DNA from: an uncultured Thermoanaerobaculia bacterium | Lineage (GTDB): Bacteria; Acidobacteriota; Thermoanaerobaculia; Thermoanaerobaculales; Sulfomarinibacteraceae | Assembly: GCA_964423595.1 (NCBI GenBank) | Contig: CAYRFI010000004.1 | Span: forward strand, 12,327-76,326 | DNA length: 64,000 bases | Direction: 5' to 3' | In this document: positions 62,727-64,000 of the stretch, piece by piece | Layout: the number at the start of each line of letters is the position of its first letter | How positions within the stretch are numbered: position 1 is the first letter of the stretch | The notes under the pieces: model-generated | Told to the model about the DNA's origin: nothing | Database searches by the model: none | What the model saw: only the letters and a program-made list of their open reading frames with translations | Translations under genes and position numbers: made by a program

Positions 62727-63341
62727 TCATCCTTTGTGATCTACGTCATCTTCGGCTTCCGGTTCACCTGCATTCTCCTCTGCAAACCCTCCGTCCGGGC
62801 GATCCAGCCGACCGTCGCCGTGGAGCTTTCCGAGATAGTCGTAGAGGACGATCGAGCCGGCGATTGCCAGATTGAGAGAGGGCACGAGCCCCCACTGGGG
62901 AATCTGAACCACCAGCTCCGCCTCCTCCAGCAGCTCGTCGGGCACCCCCGCAAGCTCGGCGCCGAGCAGGAAACACGGACGTTCCGGATAGACGGCATCG
63001 AAGACGTTGACCGCCCGGTGATCGAGCTCCACCGCCACCATGTTCCAACGCCGAGCCTTCAGGTGGCACCGAAACGCGTCGATATCTGCGAGCTGGGTAA
63101 CGGTTGTGTAAAGCTCGGATGTTTTTGCCGCCTCCAGGTTCCACTCGCGCTCGCCAACCAGAACCACCTCCTCGGCCGCCGCCGCGTGTGCTGTGCGGAC
63201 GAGCGACCCGACGTTGTGCTCCTTGGTAATATCCCAGGCCGCGATCGCCATCGGTCGCAAGCCACGGCGATACTGCTCGCGCCGGCGCTGTCGCCGTTCG
63301 AGCCGACGTTCCATGGCGAGCTGGTATTTCAGATCACGCAT
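62727..63341 (-). CDS. SpoU/TrmH-family RNA 2'-O-methyltransferase
   Basis: NVGSLVRTAHAAAAEEVVLVG, FLLGAELAGVPDELL and IPQWGLVPSLNLAIAGSIVLYD (SPOUT knot motifs). The start is placed at ATG 63341 because GAGGGA lies 6 nt upstream. Confidence 0.75.
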   Translation of the reverse strand: MRDLKYQLAMERRLERRQRRREQYRRGLRPMAIAAWDITKEHNVGSLVRTAHAAAAEEVVLVGEREWNLEAAKTSELYTTVTQLADIDAFRCHLKARRWNMVAVELDHRAVNVFDAVYPERPCFLLGAELAGVPDELLEEAELVVQIPQWGLVPSLNLAIAGSIVLYDYLGKLHGDGRLDRPDGGFAEENAGEPEAEDDVDHKG

Positions 63342-63384
63342 TGTCATTCCCTCGCAGTTTCGCACAGCAAAACAGCGAGGGAAC

Positions 63385-63417
63385 AAAAAAACGAAACCCC
63401 GCGGGGGCGGGATTTCG
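63385..63417 (-). terminator. Rho-independent terminator (minus strand)
   Basis: The minus-strand RNA reads CGAAAUCCCGC-CCCC-GCGGGGUUUCG followed by UUUUUUU. The stem is 11 bp including one G-U pair, which would be a C-A mismatch on the plus strand. That supports minus-strand function. Confidence 0.75.
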
Positions 63418-63500
63418 TCGTGGCGGGTGTGCCCGCCCGGACCTTTTCAGTGGGTATCGCGGCTGTGAGGTCCGTTCAACACCCGCGGTCCCTGAGGACA
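63385..63500 (-). ncRNA. Candidate small RNA or cis-regulatory leader, about 115 nt (promoter to terminator), class unknown
   Basis: It is bounded by the promoter at 63506-63534 and the terminator at 63385-63417. Internal hairpins are GUCC-UCAG-GGAC, GGACC...GGUCC and GGCGGG-CACA-CCCGCC. It contains no plausible ORF. Confidence 0.4.
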
Positions 63501-63505
63501 CTTCC

Positions 63506-63534
63506 AATATGGAACCTAAAATCGCCAATGTCAA
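63506..63534 (-). promoter_or_regulatory. Sigma70-type promoter TTGACA-17 nt-CATATT (minus strand) preceded by an AT-rich UP-like tract
   Basis: On the plus strand, TGTCAA is at 63529-63534 and AATATG at 63506-63511, with an exact 17-nt spacer. The AT-rich 63560-63660 region lies upstream. Confidence 0.5.
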
Positions 63535-63722
63535 GGGGGCTGACGGGTCGTCCTCATTGAGCTCGAAAAATTCCTAAGTATCTATTGATAAGAGCGTTAG
63601 AACAACGATATGAGCGAATGAAAAGCAGAGAATAAGGAGCTTGAGGCAGCATTTTCAACGGTATGAAGAGACCAGGAATCGTGTACCTGCCGGCATATAA
63701 AACCGGCCGGCATCGCCCCTGT

Positions 63723-64000
63723 TTACTGTGGATTCTTCACGAGTGAATCCGGTGTAAAGGCATCCGGCAGCAGCTCTCCAACACTCGTCAGAATTCGATC
63801 GCCCTCCAGGTTCGCCAGGATCACCGGAAAATCGCCAAATTCGACCAGCACCTGGCGGCACGCACCGCATGGTGGGGTCGGTGGGCTCGTATCGGTGACC
63901 ACCGCGAGGCCCTCGAAGGCCAGGCTGCCGACGGATACGGCCGCCGCCACGGCGTTCCGTTCGGCGCAGACGCTGAGGCCGTAGGACGCATTCTCGACGT
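63723..64000 (-). CDS. cdd: Cytidine deaminase, C-terminal part (gene continues beyond the window end)
   Basis: Translating the reverse strand to the window edge gives VENASYGLSVCAERNAVAAAV...PCGACRQVLVEF, which are the zinc-binding CAE and PCGxCRQ motifs. Confidence 0.8.
   Translation of the reverse strand, partial: VENASYGLSVCAERNAVAAAVSVGSLAFEGLAVVTDTSPPTPPCGACRQVLVEFGDFPVILANLEGDRILTSVGELLPDAFTPDSLVKNPQ

Noticed and set aside
63385-63500. Candidate RNA as SRP (4.5S) RNA
   Set aside because: It contains AGGUCCGG. It lacks the conserved GGAA tetraloop context and the AGCAGC / symmetric-loop motifs of SRP domain IV, so I left it unclassified.

Overview
This is a GC-rich chromosomal segment from a Gram-negative bacterium. 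The evidence for Gram-negative is Pal and CpoB/YbgF, a TonB-dependent receptor, an outer-membrane barrel fragment and many lipoprotein or Sec signal peptides. The gene content suggests an uncultivated Acidobacteriota- or Gemmatimonadota-like heterotroph, but that is inference only. I support about 50 protein genes, one tRNA-Leu(UAA) and no rRNA, CRISPR array, transposase or integrase. Most of the window is carbohydrate catabolism. (1) 2.6-8.7 kb holds a ChbG/YdjC deacetylase, a GH88/105 hydrolase, a YghZ-like aldo-keto reductase and a GH3 exo-glucosidase. (2) 10.4-17.8 kb is an amino-sugar cluster with a PIG-L deacetylase, a ROK-like kinase, a Na+/solute symporter, GH20 and GH5. (3) 18.0-28.3 kb is a tightly packed seven-gene operon for the epimerase/phosphorylase mannan pathway: symporter, GH5 lipoprotein, cellobiose 2-epimerase, GH130 mannosylglucose phosphorylase, GH27 alpha-galactosidase, SASA-type acetylesterase and an SDR. 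(4) 28.5-40.3 kb holds a GH94 phosphorylase, a secreted RraA-like protein, three uncharacterised secreted proteins or lipoproteins, a ROK kinase, an MFS sugar porter and GH2. (5) 40.3-48.6 kb holds a sulfatase-like/TPR protein, a TonB-dependent receptor, a SIS-type GlcN6P deaminase-like protein and a second GH20-like enzyme. The remainder holds a minimal K+ channel and a secreted PA-domain metalloprotease. It also holds a three-gene FeS / NrfD / 13-heme cytochrome c module, an FAD oxidoreductase next to the tRNA, and housekeeping genes (EF-G paralog, purC, rpsT, cpoB, pal, a TrmH-family methylase, cdd). The least expected signals are non-coding. Paired inverted arrays of degenerate tandem heptamers recur at gene junctions (8 loci). 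A dispersed roughly 30-nt post-stop-codon repeat occurs three times. There is a promoter-to-terminator small RNA or leader candidate upstream of the TrmH-family gene, and a terminator-like hairpin in the leader of the TonB-dependent receptor. All calls rest on reading the sequence and ORF translations; no database search was run.
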